Shown piece after piece: positions 1 to 12,967 of a stretch of DNA of 64,000 bases. Source of the DNA: Mobula hypostoma (taxonomy: Eukaryota); contig NC_086101.1 of assembly GCF_963921235.1 (NCBI RefSeq), positions 4,838,001 to 4,902,000 of the forward strand, written 5' to 3'. Every line of letters begins with the position of its first letter. Position 1 is the stretch's first letter. A model generated the notes under the pieces. It was not told where the DNA came from. It searched no databases and was given only the letters and a program-made list of their open reading frames with translations. A program made the position numbers and the translations under genes.

Positions 1-100
1 TTGATAGGCAGATCGTAGGAGGTCCAGTTTGGGTGGTAGCAAGCTGCAGATGTAATCTCTGACCAGCCAGGAGTGCGACAGGACACCTGTTGTTTAAGTT

Positions 101-1082
101 GTCCAGGCCCTGAGACGACAAAGCAGCCCCAAACCATGATGCTCCTTCCACCAAGCTTCACATTTGGGATGAGGTTTTGGTGTTGGTGTGCAGTGCCCTT
201 TTTCCTCCAAACATAGCAGTGTGCATTTCTGCCAAAAAGTTCAACTTTTGTCTCATCTGTCCATAGAACGTTGTCCCAGAAGTGTTGTAGTACATCCAGG
301 TGGTCTTTTACAAACTTGAGACGTGCAGTAAGATTTTTTTTTGGAGAGCAATGATTTCCTCTGTGGTGTCCTTCCACGAACACCATTCTTGTTCAGTGTT
401 TTTCTTATCCTGGACACATGAACAGAGACTTTAGCAAGTTCTAGAGATTTTCTGCAGGTCTTTTACTGTTACCCTTGGGTTCTTTTTCACCTCCTTTCAG
501 CATTGCATGTTGTGCATTTGGTGTGACCTTTGCAGGATGCCCACTCCCAGGGAGAGTAGCAACAGTACTGCGTCTCCTCCATTTGGAGACAGTTTCTCTT
601 ACTGTGGGCTGATGAACACTCGGGTCTTTAGAAATGCCTTTGTGGCCTTTTCCAGCTTCATGCACCTCTACAATTATTCTTCTAAGGTCCTCTGAAAGTT
701 GTTTTGATCGAGGCATGGTGTACATAAACAGATCTCTCTTGAGAAGAGCAGGCTCTGTCAGTAACCTGACTTTGTGTGTCTTTTTTATAGGTCAGTGCAT
801 CTCTACAACCCACACCTCCAATCCCATCTCATTGATTAGATCACCTGATTCCAAATAGCTTTTGTAGAAAGCATTACTCCAGATGTTCACATACTCTTTT
901 GAACCTAGGCTGTGATTGTTTAAATGGTGCACTCAGTATTGATGAGAAGAAATACAATTGTTTGTGTTAGTTTAGGCAGATTGTCTATTATTGTGACTTA
1001 AATGAAGATCAGACTATATTTTGAGTAATTTATGGAGTAAACTAGGTAATTGCAAAGGATTCACAAACCCTTTGTTGCAACT
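101..1082 (-). mobile_element. Degenerate Tc1-like DNA transposon, 5' part
   Basis: ORF 441-725 (MPRSKQLSEDLRRIIVEVHEAGKG...) is a Tc1 paired-like HTH N-terminus. A GSIMVWGCF-type catalytic-domain segment lies near 120-150. A TIR-like end ...ttcacaaaccctttgttgcaact lies near 1082. Confidence 0.85.
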
Positions 1083-1892
1083 ATTAGGTAGTTAAATTAA
1101 AAATAGTGCAAAAACAGAAATAATAAAAAAGTGCAGTAGTGTTTGTGGGTTCAGTGTCCATTTGGAAATCAGATGGCAGAGGGGAAGAAGCTGTTCCTGA
1201 ATCGCTGAGTATGTGCCTTCATACTTCTGTACCTCCTTCCTGACAGTAACAGTGAGAAGAGAGCATGTCCTGGGTGTTGGGGATCCTTAATAATGGACGT
1301 TGCTTTTCTGAGGCGCTGCTCCTTGAAGATGTCTTGAACACTATGGAGGCTAGTACCCATGATGGAGCTGACGAATTTTACAACCTTCTGTAGCTTCTAT
1401 GCAGTGCCCCCCACCATGCCAGTCGGTGATGCAGCCTGTCAGAATGTTCTCCACAGTACATCTGTTGAAGTTTTCAAGTGTTTTAGGTGGCAAACCAAAT
1501 CTCCTCAAACTCCTGGTGAAATATAGCTGCTGCCTTGCCTTCCTTTCTTTCTTTTTAAATCTTTTTATTGAGTAAGTATACAAAAAAGGTAAGCCATATA
1601 AACATTAATACAATGTTAAAGTATAATAAAATTCCAAAAGGTATCAATACCAAAAAAAATACTACAATGTAATTTAAACATGAGACCAAAATAACATAAT
1701 AGTATACTAAATTTTATATATATCAATGGAAAAAAAGAAAAAAAAAACCCAAAAAAAAAACCCACCGTGCAACTAACTAAAAGCAAAGCAAAGCAATGGG
1801 CTAACTTGAAACCAAACAGAGTTAAACTTAAAATCACGTCCTCAATCCCGACCTCCATTAAAAAGTGAAAAAAAAAACAAGAAGGGTAAATA

Positions 1893-4800
1893 TTACATTA
1901 AATGAAAATATCGAATAAAAGGTCCCCAAATCTGTTCAAATTTAAATGAAGAATCATAAAGGTTACTTCTAATTTTCTCCAAATTCAAACATAAAATCGT
2001 CTGAGAAAACCAAAAAAAGGTAGTTGGAGCATTAAGCTCTTTCCAATGTTGTAAAATACATCTTTTCGCCATTAAAGTAAGAAAAGCAATCATTCTACGG
2101 GCTGAAGGGGAAAGATTACTAGAAATTTTAGGTAGTCCAAAGATAGCAGTAATAGGGTGAGGAGAGATATCTATATTTAATACCTTAGAAATAATATTAA
2201 AAATATCTCTTCAAAAAGTTTCCAAAGTAGGGCAAGACCAAAACATATGAGTTAAAGAGGCTATCTGCCCTGAACATCTGTCACAGAAAGGATTAATATG
2301 CGAGTAAAAACGCGCTAACTTATCTTTGGACATATGTGCTCTATGAACCACTTTAAATTGAATTAGGGAATGTTTAGCACAAATAGAGGAAGTATTAACT
2401 AATTGTAAAATCTGCCCCCAATCATCCACAGAAATGGTAAGCCCCAATTCCTGTTCCCAATCTACCCTAATCTTATCAAATGGAGCTTTCCTAAGTTTCA
2501 TAATAATATTATAAATCATAGCCGATGCACCTTTCTGACATGGATTGAGGTTAATTATCGAATCTAAAATATATGTAGGAGGAAGCATTGGAAAGGAAGA
2601 AAGTATAGTACTTAGGAAATTTCTAACTTGTAAATATCTAAAAAAATGTATTCTTGATAAGTTATAATTTATTAGATAATTGTTCAAAAGACATAAGGGA
2701 ACCATCTAAAAATACATCCAAAAACCGTAAAATACCCTTAGTCTTCCAAGTTTGAAAAGCGCGATCCGTAAAGGAGGGAGGAAAAAATATATTACCTAAA
2801 ATAGGAATCGCTAACCCGAATTGATTAAGATCAAAAACTTTTCTGAATTGAAACCAAATGCGCAAGGCATATTTAACTATCGGGTTAGAGACCTGCTTAA
2901 GGCGCTTCGAATCAAAAGGGAGAGAGGAGCCTAAAATAGAGCCAAGTGTATAACCCTGAACAGATTGTAATTCCAATGCTACCCATTTAGGAATAGATAG
3001 TATGTCCTGGTCAAATAACCAAAATTTCATATGTCGAATATTAATAGCCCAATAATAGAATCTAAAGTTAGGTAATGCTAAACCTCCATCTCTCTTAGCT
3101 TTCTGTAAATGTATTTTACCCAGTCTCGGATTCTTATTCTGCCAAATAAATGAAGAAATTTTAGAGTCAACTTTATCAAAGAAAGATTTTGGAACGAAAA
3201 TTGGTAATGCCTGAAACACATATAAAAATTTTGGCAAAAAAAACATCTTAACTGCATTAATACGACCAATCAAAGTTAAATATAAGGGAAACCATTTAGA
3301 TGAAAGTTGAGCAATATGGTCTATTAATGGTAAAAAGTTAATCTTAAATAAATCTTTGTATTTACAAGTAATTTTAATCCCAAGATATGAAAAATAATTA
3401 TTAATCAATTTAAATGGAAATTTATAATATAAGGGAAGATGTTTATTAATCGGAAAAAGTTCACTCTTACTAAGATTTAATTTATAACCTGAGAAAAAAA
3501 CAAATTGTGCTAATAACTCTAAAACAGCAGGAATAGATTTCTCAGGATTAGAAATATATGAAAGTAAATCATCAGCATAGAGTGATAATTTATGGGACTT
3601 TAATCCCCGAGTTATCCCAGTAATATTTGAAGATTCTCGAATAGCAATTGCAAGAGGTTCTAATGCAATATCAAATAATAGGGGACTAAGAGGACAGCCT
3701 TGTCGAGTACCACGAAAGAGAGGAAAAAAAGGTGAGTTTAAAGAGTTAGTACAAACCGAGGCTACAGGGGAATGATATAACAGTTTAATCCAGAATATAA
3801 ATTTCAAGCTAAAATTAAACATTTCAAGCACCTTAAATAAATAAGGCCATTCTACTCTATCAAAAGCTTTCTCGGCATCTAAAGAAATAACACACTCAGG
3901 AACATTTTGTGAGGGAGTATAAACGATATTTAACAATGTACGAATATTATAAAAAGAGTAACGACCTTTAATAAAACCCGTTTGGTCTTCCGAAATAATA
4001 GAAGGAAGTACTTTTTCTAGTCTATTTGCTAATAACTTAGAAAAAACTTTAGAATCAACATTTAATAAAGATATTGGTCTATAAGATGCACATTGAGCAG
4101 GGTCTTTATCCTTCTTTAGTATTAGAGAAATTGATGCTCTATTAAAAGATTCAGGAAGTTTACCAAGTTTCAGAGAAGCCTCAAAAACCCTCCAGAGCCA
4201 AGGAATCAATAAAGAAGCAAAACATTTATAAAATTCAACGGTAAACCCATCCGGGCCAGGAGCTTTCCCCAGATTCATAGAAAAAATAACATTCTTAATC
4301 TCATCCATTGTAATGGAGGTATCTAATAAAGAAGACATATCCTGTGAAATCTGAGGGAAGTCTAACTTATCTAAAAAATCATTCATATATTTAGAATCTC
4401 GAGAAGACTCTGATTGATATAAAGAAGAATAAAAATCACAAAAGGTTTGATTAATCCCCACATGATCCAGTATCAATCGATCATTTTGGTTATAAATCTG
4501 ATTGATTTGAGATTTAACATAATTAGATTTCAATTGATTAGCCAGCAGCTTGCCAATTTTGTCACTGTGAACATAAAAGTCACTTCTTGTTTTCTTTAAT
4601 TGGTTTACAATCGAGGACGAGAGTAGTAAACTGTGTTCCATTTGAAGTTCAGTTCTTTGTTTGTATAACTCCTCAGAAGGAGCCATAACATATTTCTTAT
4701 CAATTTCTTTAATCTTGTCCACAATTACCATCTCCTCCTGCTTCTGTTTCTTCCTCAAAGCAGCAGAATACGAAATAATCTGACCCCGAATATAGGCTTT

Positions 4801-5671
4801 AAAAGTGTCCCAAAGAGTGTTAACCGAAATATCTTCTGTATGGTTAATTGTAAAAAAAAAGCTCAATCTGTTGATTCATAAAATTAACAAAGTCCGAGTC
4901 CTGAAGCAACAGCGAATTAAAACGCCATTGTCTATTATTTGGTATGTTGGCAATAATTTTAATAGAAAGCTTAAGTGGAGCATGATCCGAAATGGTTATA
5001 GAATCATAATCACATTTAATCACTGAAGGAATAAGACGAGAATCAATAAAAAAATAATCAATTCTTGAATAGGAATGATGAACATGTGAAAAAAAGGAAA
5101 AATCTTTTTCCTGAGAATGCAGAAAACGCCGAATGTCCGTCGACCCAGAATCAGAAAGGAAAAAATTAATCAAATTTGCAGATTTATTAGGTAAGGTCCG
5201 TAAAGGAGCCGAACGGTCCAAAGCTGGAGACAAACAGGTATTAAGATCTCCGCCCCAGATCAATGAAAACTCGTTCAAATTCGGAAACTGATTAAACAAT
5301 GATTTATAAAATTCCGGACAATCCATATTAGGAGCATAAACATTAACCAAAACTACTTTCTTATTAAATAGTACACCACTAACCAATAAAAATCTACCAT
5401 TCGGATCAGAAATAATATCCTGTTGTATAAAAGTAACTGAGGAATCAATAAAAATAGAGACGCCTCGAATCTTAGCATTGGAGTTCGAATGAAATTGTTG
5501 ACCCTTCCAGAATTTGAAAAAACGTAGTCTGTCCCCCCTCCGTACATGGGTCTCTTGTAAAAATAAAATTTGTGCTTTAAGTCTCCGGAACACTTTAAAA
5601 ACTTTTTTCCTTTTAATAGGATGATTAAGACCGTTAGTATTCCAGGAGACAAAATTAATAATAGACTCCAT
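1893..5671 (-). pseudogene. L1 ORF2 (APE endonuclease, reverse transcriptase, C-terminal Cys-rich region), disrupted
   Basis: EN motifs SWNTNGLN, LQETH, GGDLN and SDHAP. RT motifs LDAEKAFDRV, GTRQGCPLSP and YADD. C-terminal CDRC...HMFWSC. Lesions: a frameshift at the A-run near 4855, a frameshift near 2665 and an in-frame TGA at 2211-2213. Confidence 0.92.
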
Positions 5672-6342
5672 AAATCCTAAAGTCAACCCACAACAAGGAG
5701 GATTGACGATAGGCGCGACCCACAAACCCGGAGAGGAAACAGAACATACGAAAGATACCGGGAAAAAGGACGCAACCAGTACTTCAATAATGTATATAGC
5801 CCAAAGAGAAACAAACTAAAACGTGAAGCCCCTCCCACCACCCCACCCCAAGACCCCAAGGCAAAATCTAAAGCAGACCCGCCCGAAAGAAGCAAGCGCT
5901 AAAACTACCCCCATGACTTCCGGTATACGCTCCCTAAAAAAAAAGGTATAAATATGAAAAAGATCAGCTAATTGTAAAACAGTAAAAAAAGTAAAAAAAA
6001 GGTAGCTCAATTAAAATACACACACAACAGAACAAAAGCCAGAAAATATATATTAAAAAAAACCACAATAAACCCTAAAGTAGTTATAAAAAGCAAAACA
6101 GAATAAAATTTTTTAAAAAACTACAAAATTTAAGGCCACACAGGAAATATGTAAGATGACAAAAAGGAAGTAACCACCCAGAATCCCCTGGGAAAAGAAA
6201 GAAATGACGCAGTTGAAAAGAAAGTTTAGCAACCATATTAAGAAATCAAAAATAAACTTTTCTGCCCAAATAGGGCACGAAAAAGTTAAAACCAACCAAT
6301 TCACAGCCTCCGATCAACGGAGATAATTAAAAAAGATAGCAA

Positions 6343-7242
6343 TTAAGATGTTGAAGGTGAAAGTTGATCCAGATAACTCTGGGCATCCGATGGAGAATCA
6401 AAAAAACGAAGGACTCCATCTGACATGCGAATCCTTAGACGTGCAGGGTACAGCAACGCTGGTCTTAAATCCATCTTATAGAATTCCGACATCACAGATC
6501 TGTAGCGAACCCGTTGGTCCCAGATTGGTTTACTGAAATCTTCCACGAATCGGAACCTAAGATCCGAAAAATCGATGAAACCTTTAGATCGAGCAAATCG
6601 AAACAGTCTCTCCTTGTCTTGAAAGTAATGAAAACGTAAGATAACATGCCTAGGTCTATCTGACCTAGACGAGTATGATGGGATTCTGTGAACACGATCC
6701 AGTAGCGGTGGTTGGTCAGGAAATACAGTAGGGAATGCATCTTTTAAAAGTTGAGAGAAGTATTTCATGGGGTTGTTAGATTCTACAGCTTCCCGCACCC
6801 CAATCATTCGTAAATTCTGCCGTCGCATTCTAGATTCCAAGTCAGAGTTTTTAAAAGTCAGAAAGTCAAGTTTCTTCTTCATTACATTAATTGCTTCCTC
6901 GATTTTCCCCATCTTAAGCTCACTTTGTTGCGCGAATTTTTGAAGATCAGATATAGCCGACTGATGTTCCGCAATAAATGTTTGCATCTTATCAATTGAA
7001 TCGGCAATTTTCTGAAGATTAGTTGAGATTTCCGTATGAATCAAGTCTTTAACAGAGACTGCAATTTCCGTACGAATCACCTCCCTAACAGAGGTTGAAA
7101 TTTCCCTCTGAATTAACTCCGATATAGCTCTCAAAGTCACCGGTGATTCAGTCGGGGGGAGATCCGTAGCTTTCGGTTTAACCGGAGGTTTACCATCCTT
7201 GCCATTTTTCCCGTTCTTAGACATAGCAGATCTAAGTATCAT
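6343..7242 (-). CDS. L1 ORF1p (coiled coil, RRM, CTD; Transposase_22-type), uninterrupted
   Basis: 299-aa ORF with a coiled coil and the motifs DLESRMRRQNLRMIGVRE, LDRVHRI, PRHVILRFH and YPARLRI. The true start may be the second Met at 7224. Confidence 0.9.
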   Translation of the reverse strand: MILRSAMSKNGKNGKDGKPPVKPKATDLPPTESPVTLRAISELIQREISTSVREVIRTEIAVSVKDLIHTEISTNLQKIADSIDKMQTFIAEHQSAISDLQKFAQQSELKMGKIEEAINVMKKKLDFLTFKNSDLESRMRRQNLRMIGVREAVESNNPMKYFSQLLKDAFPTVFPDQPPLLDRVHRIPSYSSRSDRPRHVILRFHYFQDKERLFRFARSKGFIDFSDLRFRFVEDFSKPIWDQRVRYRSVMSEFYKMDLRPALLYPARLRIRMSDGVLRFFDSPSDAQSYLDQLSPSTS

Positions 7243-8075
7243 CCAGTTGTCGGAGAATTCAGTTTAATTCAAAGTATTGTAAGAGTTGATGCCTTAATGG
7301 TTAATTAAAGTATAGCTGACCATAGAGAAAAAAAACTCAGAGGTAATGGAGCGAGTCAAGAACGCGACTTCACTCCATGAGCACTACCGGAAGTCCCCGC
7401 CTTGCCTTCCTTGTGGCTGCATTAATATGTTGGGACCAAGTTAGATCATTAGAGATATTGACACCCAGGGATTTGAAATTGCTCACTCTCTCCACTTCTG
7501 ATCCCTCTGTGAGGATTGGTTTATGTTCCCTCATCCTACCCTTTCTGAAGTTCACAATCAGCTCTTTGGTCTTACTGATGCTGAGTGCAAGGTTGTATTG
7601 CGACACTGCTCAACTAGCTGGTAGATCTTGCTCCTGTACACCCTCTCAACTCCATCTGAGATTCTGCCAACAATGGTTGTATCATCAGCAAATTTATAGA
7701 TGGCATTTGAGCTCTGACTAGCCACATAGTCATGGGTATAGAGAGAGTAGAGCAGTGGGCTAAGCCCACATCTCTGAGGTACGCCAGTGTTGATTGTCAG
7801 CAAGGAGGCGATGTTATTACCAATCCACACAGATGGTGGTCTCCTGGCTAGGAAGTCGGGGATCCAATTGCAGAGGGAAGTACAGAGGCCCAGGTTCTGT
7901 AGCTTTTCGATCAGGATTGTGGGAATGAACAGCATCCTGACACAGGTGTTTGTATTGTCCAGATGATCGAGGGCTGCATGAAGAGCCATTGAGATTGTGT
8001 CTGCTGTAGACCTATTGTGGCAAAAGGCAAATTGCAATGGGTCTAGGTCCTTGCTGAGGCAGGAGTTGATTCTAG

Positions 8076-9494
8076 TGTTACGTACACCATAGCGGGTTAA
8101 AGAACCAGCAGAAATGGAACACACCTTTTAACTAATTCTATTCTATTAGTAACTACCCAAAACAGTAATATATAACCAAATAAATCAAACAGGTTAACAG
8201 AGATTATGTGTAAATATAAAAGCCAAGTTTCTTCATGCTTAGGTGGTAATTGGATACAGTCTTATGATGGAATGTAAGATAGTTCAGTTCAATGCTCAGG
8301 TTAATTAATGAGAGATATTTGTAATCCAAAAGGTGAATGTTGTGAGAAGGCAATTCACGTCGATATTCCACAGATTCCACGACAGCAATACAAAATAACA
8401 ATAGCAGTAGGTTTTCTCTCCGAAGTTGTTCCGCTCCACACACGAAGTATCACCGACAGTGATCTTCAACGAATATCCTTTCAACACAAGTGGTACCACA
8501 CCCGAACTCAGCTACGGGACTTCTCAAAGTGGTGGCCACAGGATACTCCAACAAAATCCATGTTTGGATTATCACCAACAGTAGTCTATCACTGAGGTAC
8601 CGTCTTCAAGTGGTAAAACTACCCACCCAGGCAAGGATTGTCACACACAGGTAGTTTCCACACAAGGTTACCCCAAGCACACAACTGTGCTAGCCACTTA
8701 TCCAATTCCATGACATATGAAATAACTCCAACAGTGATTTGCCACAGGGGTGCCTTTCTTCAGTGAACTACCACACCCAAACAAGGGTAACACACACGTA
8801 TTCACAAAGGTTGTCCCCTCACCAGAGAACCCACTCTTGTGGATTAACTACGTGACAGTCACACCTTCGTATTCGAATGGAACTCAAACTCTCCCTTACG
8901 GGCTACTTAGAGAGAGGGTCCAAACAGTGACCTCTTTGTCACTAGGTTTCTTCTGTTTCAAACCTTCCTCTCCCCTCTTCTCTTCCTTTAAAGTCACTGA
9001 ATGTGACCACAAAAAGGAGACCGTCTTCTGTGGTAAAGTTATCAACCCAGGCAAGAGTTGGACACTAATAACTTCCCACTGGTCACACCTTTTCCACACT
9101 GAGAGCCACTGATCGATTCACCTGACCGATCCTCCAAAAACCCACCTTTCTGTGGGCACACGAAGCTCATCCAGTGTCCAAAACCCTGTGTGTCTGTCTA
9201 ACAACCAGCTGACCTTGTATTTATCTCAGTATGCTAACACCAGCCGTCCATCAAATAACGCTGCCCTCGGTTACCATGACGACTCACGAGCTGCTCGTTG
9301 TGCTCTCTCTCTCTTTCCATGGCAACCCAGAAGCGGAAGGCAGTAGTCAGTGTCCTTGTAAAAGTGTAAACATGAGCAGAAAGGCAGACTCCTCCCTTCT
9401 CTCTGTCAGCAGAAATCCAAAAGTTAGTCTCAGTTCTCTCTTGTGCCTTAAAGTGACAGTCCACAGCAAAAAGGAACCCTAGGGGTACATAACA
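8076..9494. mobile_element. Solo LTR-like insertion (about 1.4 kb)
   Basis: Termini TGTTACGTACACC ... GGGGTACATAACA give TG..CA ends with an imperfect 13-bp inverted repeat. Flanked by ctag/cgag (4-bp TSD with one mismatch). The host Rex LINE rejoins across it. No coding homology recognised. Confidence 0.75.
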
Positions 9495-9526
9495 CGAGCC
9501 ACGAGCAACCCCTCAAAGCATTTCCA

Positions 9527-10995
9527 TAAGACCATAAGATATAGAAGCAGAATCAGGCCATTTGTCCCATTGAGTCTGCTCTGCTGTTTCATCCTCTCAG
9601 CCCCAAGCTCCTGCCTTCTTCCTGTATCCCTTCATGTCCTGACCAATCAAAAATCTGCCTTAAATGTACATAAAGACTTGGCCTCCACAGCTGCCTATGG
9701 CAAAGGCTTCCACAGATTCAGCACTGTCTGGCTAAAGAAATTCCTCGTCATCTCCATTCTAAAAGGACACCCTTCTATTCCTGAGGCTGTGTCCTCTGGT
9801 CTTAGATTCCCCCACCATCGGAAACATCCTGTCCACATCCACTCAATCAAGGCTTTTCAATAATCAATATGATTTAATGAGATCCTCTTTCATTCTTTAG
9901 AATTCTAGTGAATACAGCCCCAGAGCCATAAAATGTTCTTCATATGACAAGCCATTCAATCCTGGAATCATTCTGATGAATCTCCTTTGAACCCCCTTGA
10001 GTTTCAGCACATCCTTTCTAAGATAAGAGGACCAAACCTGCTCACAACACTCCAAGTGAGGCCTCACCAGTACTTTATGAAGTTTCATTACATCCTTGCT
10101 TTTATGTTCTAGTCCTTTTGAATTGAATGCTAACATTGCATTTGCCTTCCTCACCACAGACTCAACCTGCAAGTTAACACTTAGAGAATTCTGCACAGGA
10201 CTCCCAAGTCTCTTTGCACCTCAGTTTTTTGTATTTTCTCTCCATTTAGAAAATAGTCAACTATTTCATTTCTTCTACGAAGGTGCATGACCACACACTT
10301 CATGACACTGTATTCCATATGCCTTTTCTTTGCCCATTCTCCTAATCTGTCTAAGTCCTTCTGTAGCTTCTCTACTTTTTCAAAACTACCTGCCCCTCCA
10401 CCTATCTTCATATTGTCTGCAAACTTTTCAACAAAGCCATCAATTCCATGATCCAAATCATTGACGTATGATGTAAAAAGAATCTGTCCCAACACAGACT
10501 CCTGTGGAACACCACTAGTCACTGGCAACCAGCCAGAAAAGGCTCCCTTTAGTCCCACTCTTTGCTTCCTGCCAGTCAGTCACTGCTTTATCCATGCTAG
10601 GATCTTTCCTGTATCACCCTGGGCTGGTAGCTTGTGAAGCAGCCTTGTGTGATACCTTGTCAAAGAACTCCTGAAACTCCAAGCACAGTACACAACATCA
10701 ACCAATTCTCCTTTGTCTATCCTGCTTGTTATTTCTTCAAAGAATTCCAACAGATTTGTCAGGCAAGATTTTCCTTCGAGGAAACCATGCTGACTACAGC
10801 CTATTTTATCATATGCCTCCAAGTACCCTGAGACCTCATCCTTATTAATCATCTGCAACATCATCCCAACCGGTGAGGTCAGACTAACTGGCCTGTAGTT
10901 TCTTTCCTTCTGACTCTCTTACTTCTTGTAGAGTGGAGTGACATTTGCGTTTTCTAGTCTTCCAGTGCCACTCCAGAATCTAGCAACTCTTGAAA
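9527..10995 (-). mobile_element. CR1 LINE 3' fragment, degenerate
   Basis: ORFs with QHGFLEGKSCLTNLLEFFEE, VTSGVPQESVLG and VRPHLECCEQVWS. The CR1 3' UTR and tail lie at the left end. Confidence 0.9.
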
Positions 10996-11365
10996 GATCG
11001 TTACGGTAGATGTGAGTGCTACTGGACGATAATCATTAAGGCAGCTCACACTACTCTTCTTGGGAACTGCTGTAATTCCTACCTTTTTGAAGCAGGTGGG
11101 AACCTGCTCTCGAGAGTTCATTTTGCCAAATCCTTCGGGATATCACAAAAACGGCAGATCGTTCAGATGGTTCGAAAGCACAACTCCCAAAGGGAATTTA
11201 CAGGCTGTGGAGTGCAGTGATCATAGTGCAGAAAAAGTACATTTATTAGAATGGTTTGTAGCTTTGTTAGCTGCCCACAAAACATCACATCTTGCCAGCA
11301 CTATCTTGGGCTGGTGGGCTTGATTCCTGGCTCTCGGTTGTTCATGCATTGCTTCCTCTCCATAG

Positions 11366-11551
11366 ATAAAGCTGCTGAAACGTCAGCAGCGGATGATCAA
11401 GAACCGGGAGTCGGCCTTCCAGTCTCGCAAGAAGAAGAAGGAGTACCTGCAGGGTCTGGAGAGCAAGCTGCGCGAGGCACTCAGTGAGAACGAGAAGCTC
11501 AAGCGGGAGAACACGCTGCTGAAGAAGAAACTGGACAGCATTGTTTCAGAG
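11366..11551 (+). CDS. ATF6B: ATF6-beta internal exon encoding the bZIP domain (186 nt, phase 0-0)
   Basis: Acceptor gcttcctctccatag|ATA and donor GAG|gtgagg. Translates [62 protein letters not shown], matching the ATF6-family basic region and zipper. KLLKRQQ and EYLQGLE are ATF6B-like. Confidence 0.95.
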
Positions 11552-11659
11552 GTGAGGCTTGAGCCAAAACCATAAGTCCCGTCCTGTTCTGCTTCTCCGC
11601 TCGTCCTCTGTTCCACCCCACCACCAGTATCTTGTAGTTAATATCCTTAAATCTTTGCA

Positions 11660-12278
11660 GATTAGATTATTAGATTAGATTATGAAGACACATAGTCCTC
11701 TTTTATTGTCATTTAGTAATGCATGCATTAAGAAATGATACAATATTTCCTCCGGTGTTATATCACAAAACACAGGACAGACCAAGACTGGAAAAACTGA
11801 CAAAACCACATAATTATAACATATAGTTACAACAGTGCAACAATACCATAACTTGATGAAGAAGTCCATGAGCACAGTAAAGTTCAAAGTCTCTCAAATG
11901 TCCCACATCTCACGCAGACGGGAGAAGGAAGAAAAACTCTCCCTGCCATACCTGACCACGGTCCGACTCTGAGTCATCCGAAAACTTCGAGCTCTGATCA
12001 GCTCTCTGACACCAAGTACTGAGCTCCATCTCTGTCCGAACGATTCGACCTCCTTCTCGGTGGCCAAAGCAGGCAAGGCCGGGGATTTTGAGGCCTACCC
12101 TCCGAAAGATTCCCAACCACGCAGTAACGACAGCAGTGAACGGGCATTTCAGAAATTTCACCAGAATTTCACACACACTCTGTGCTTTCATGTCCATCTC
12201 CATCAAATCAGAATTGTCCATGGCCCCTATTTAACGGATACGATATCATTTTTCACTGGAGGGCTGCGCTGCCATTTT
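11660..12278 (-). mobile_element. Probable non-autonomous LINE derivative or SINE with a (TAATC)n tail
   Basis: On the minus strand it begins AAAATGGCAGCGC (an AAGATGGCG-like 5' end) and ends with AATAAAA followed by tandem TAATC repeats. No ORF. Confidence 0.5.
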
Positions 12279-12299
12279 CACTACCGGGAAACCAGAGCA

Positions 12300-12472
12300 A
12301 AACAAACACAGACACGCACACAGACACACACGCACAGAGACACAGACACAGACAGGACATACACAGACACACACACTGACACAGACGCACACACACACTC
12401 ACTCTCTCTCACACAAGCCTTATCTGTGTAATACAGCAGTGAGATGAGCACACAGACAGAGACACACAGACA

Positions 12473-12507
<35 letters not shown>

Positions 12508-12674
12508 TATCTGTGTAATACAGCAGTGAGATGAGCACACAGACAGACACACACACAAACAGACACGCACACAGACAGACAGACACAAAGACACACACAA
12601 ACTAACCTTATCTGTGTAATACAGCAGTGAGATGAGCACACAGACAGAGACACACAGACAGACACACACACAAA

Positions 12675-12720
<46 letters not shown>

Positions 12721-12779
12721 CCTTATCTGTGTAATACAGCAGTGAGATGAGCACACAGACACACACAGACAGACAGACA

Positions 12780-12829
<50 letters not shown>

Positions 12830-12936
12830 CCTTATCTGTGTAATACTGCAGTGAGATGAGCACACAGACAGAGACACACACACACACACTAACCTTATCT
12901 GTGTAATACAGCAGTGAGATGAGCACACAGACAGAG

Positions 12937-12967
<31 letters not shown>

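Larger units (their letters stand above)
1546..7398 (-). mobile_element. Full-length L1-clade LINE (about 5.85 kb) with 14-bp TSD
   Basis: TSD gccttgccttcctt at 1532-1545 and 7399-7412. On the minus strand the 5' end reads GGGGACTTCCGGTAG and the 3' end has AATAAA plus an A-rich tail. Organisation is ORF1, spacer, ORF2. Confidence 0.95.
1085..11110 (-). mobile_element. Old Rex1/Babar-type LINE in pieces (about 1085-1545, 7399-8075, 9495-9525, 11000-11110), split by younger insertions
   Basis: ORF fragments read ...[47 protein letters not shown] and YKFADDTT. The pieces rejoin colinearly with the related copy at about 24.5-26 kb. Confidence 0.8.
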
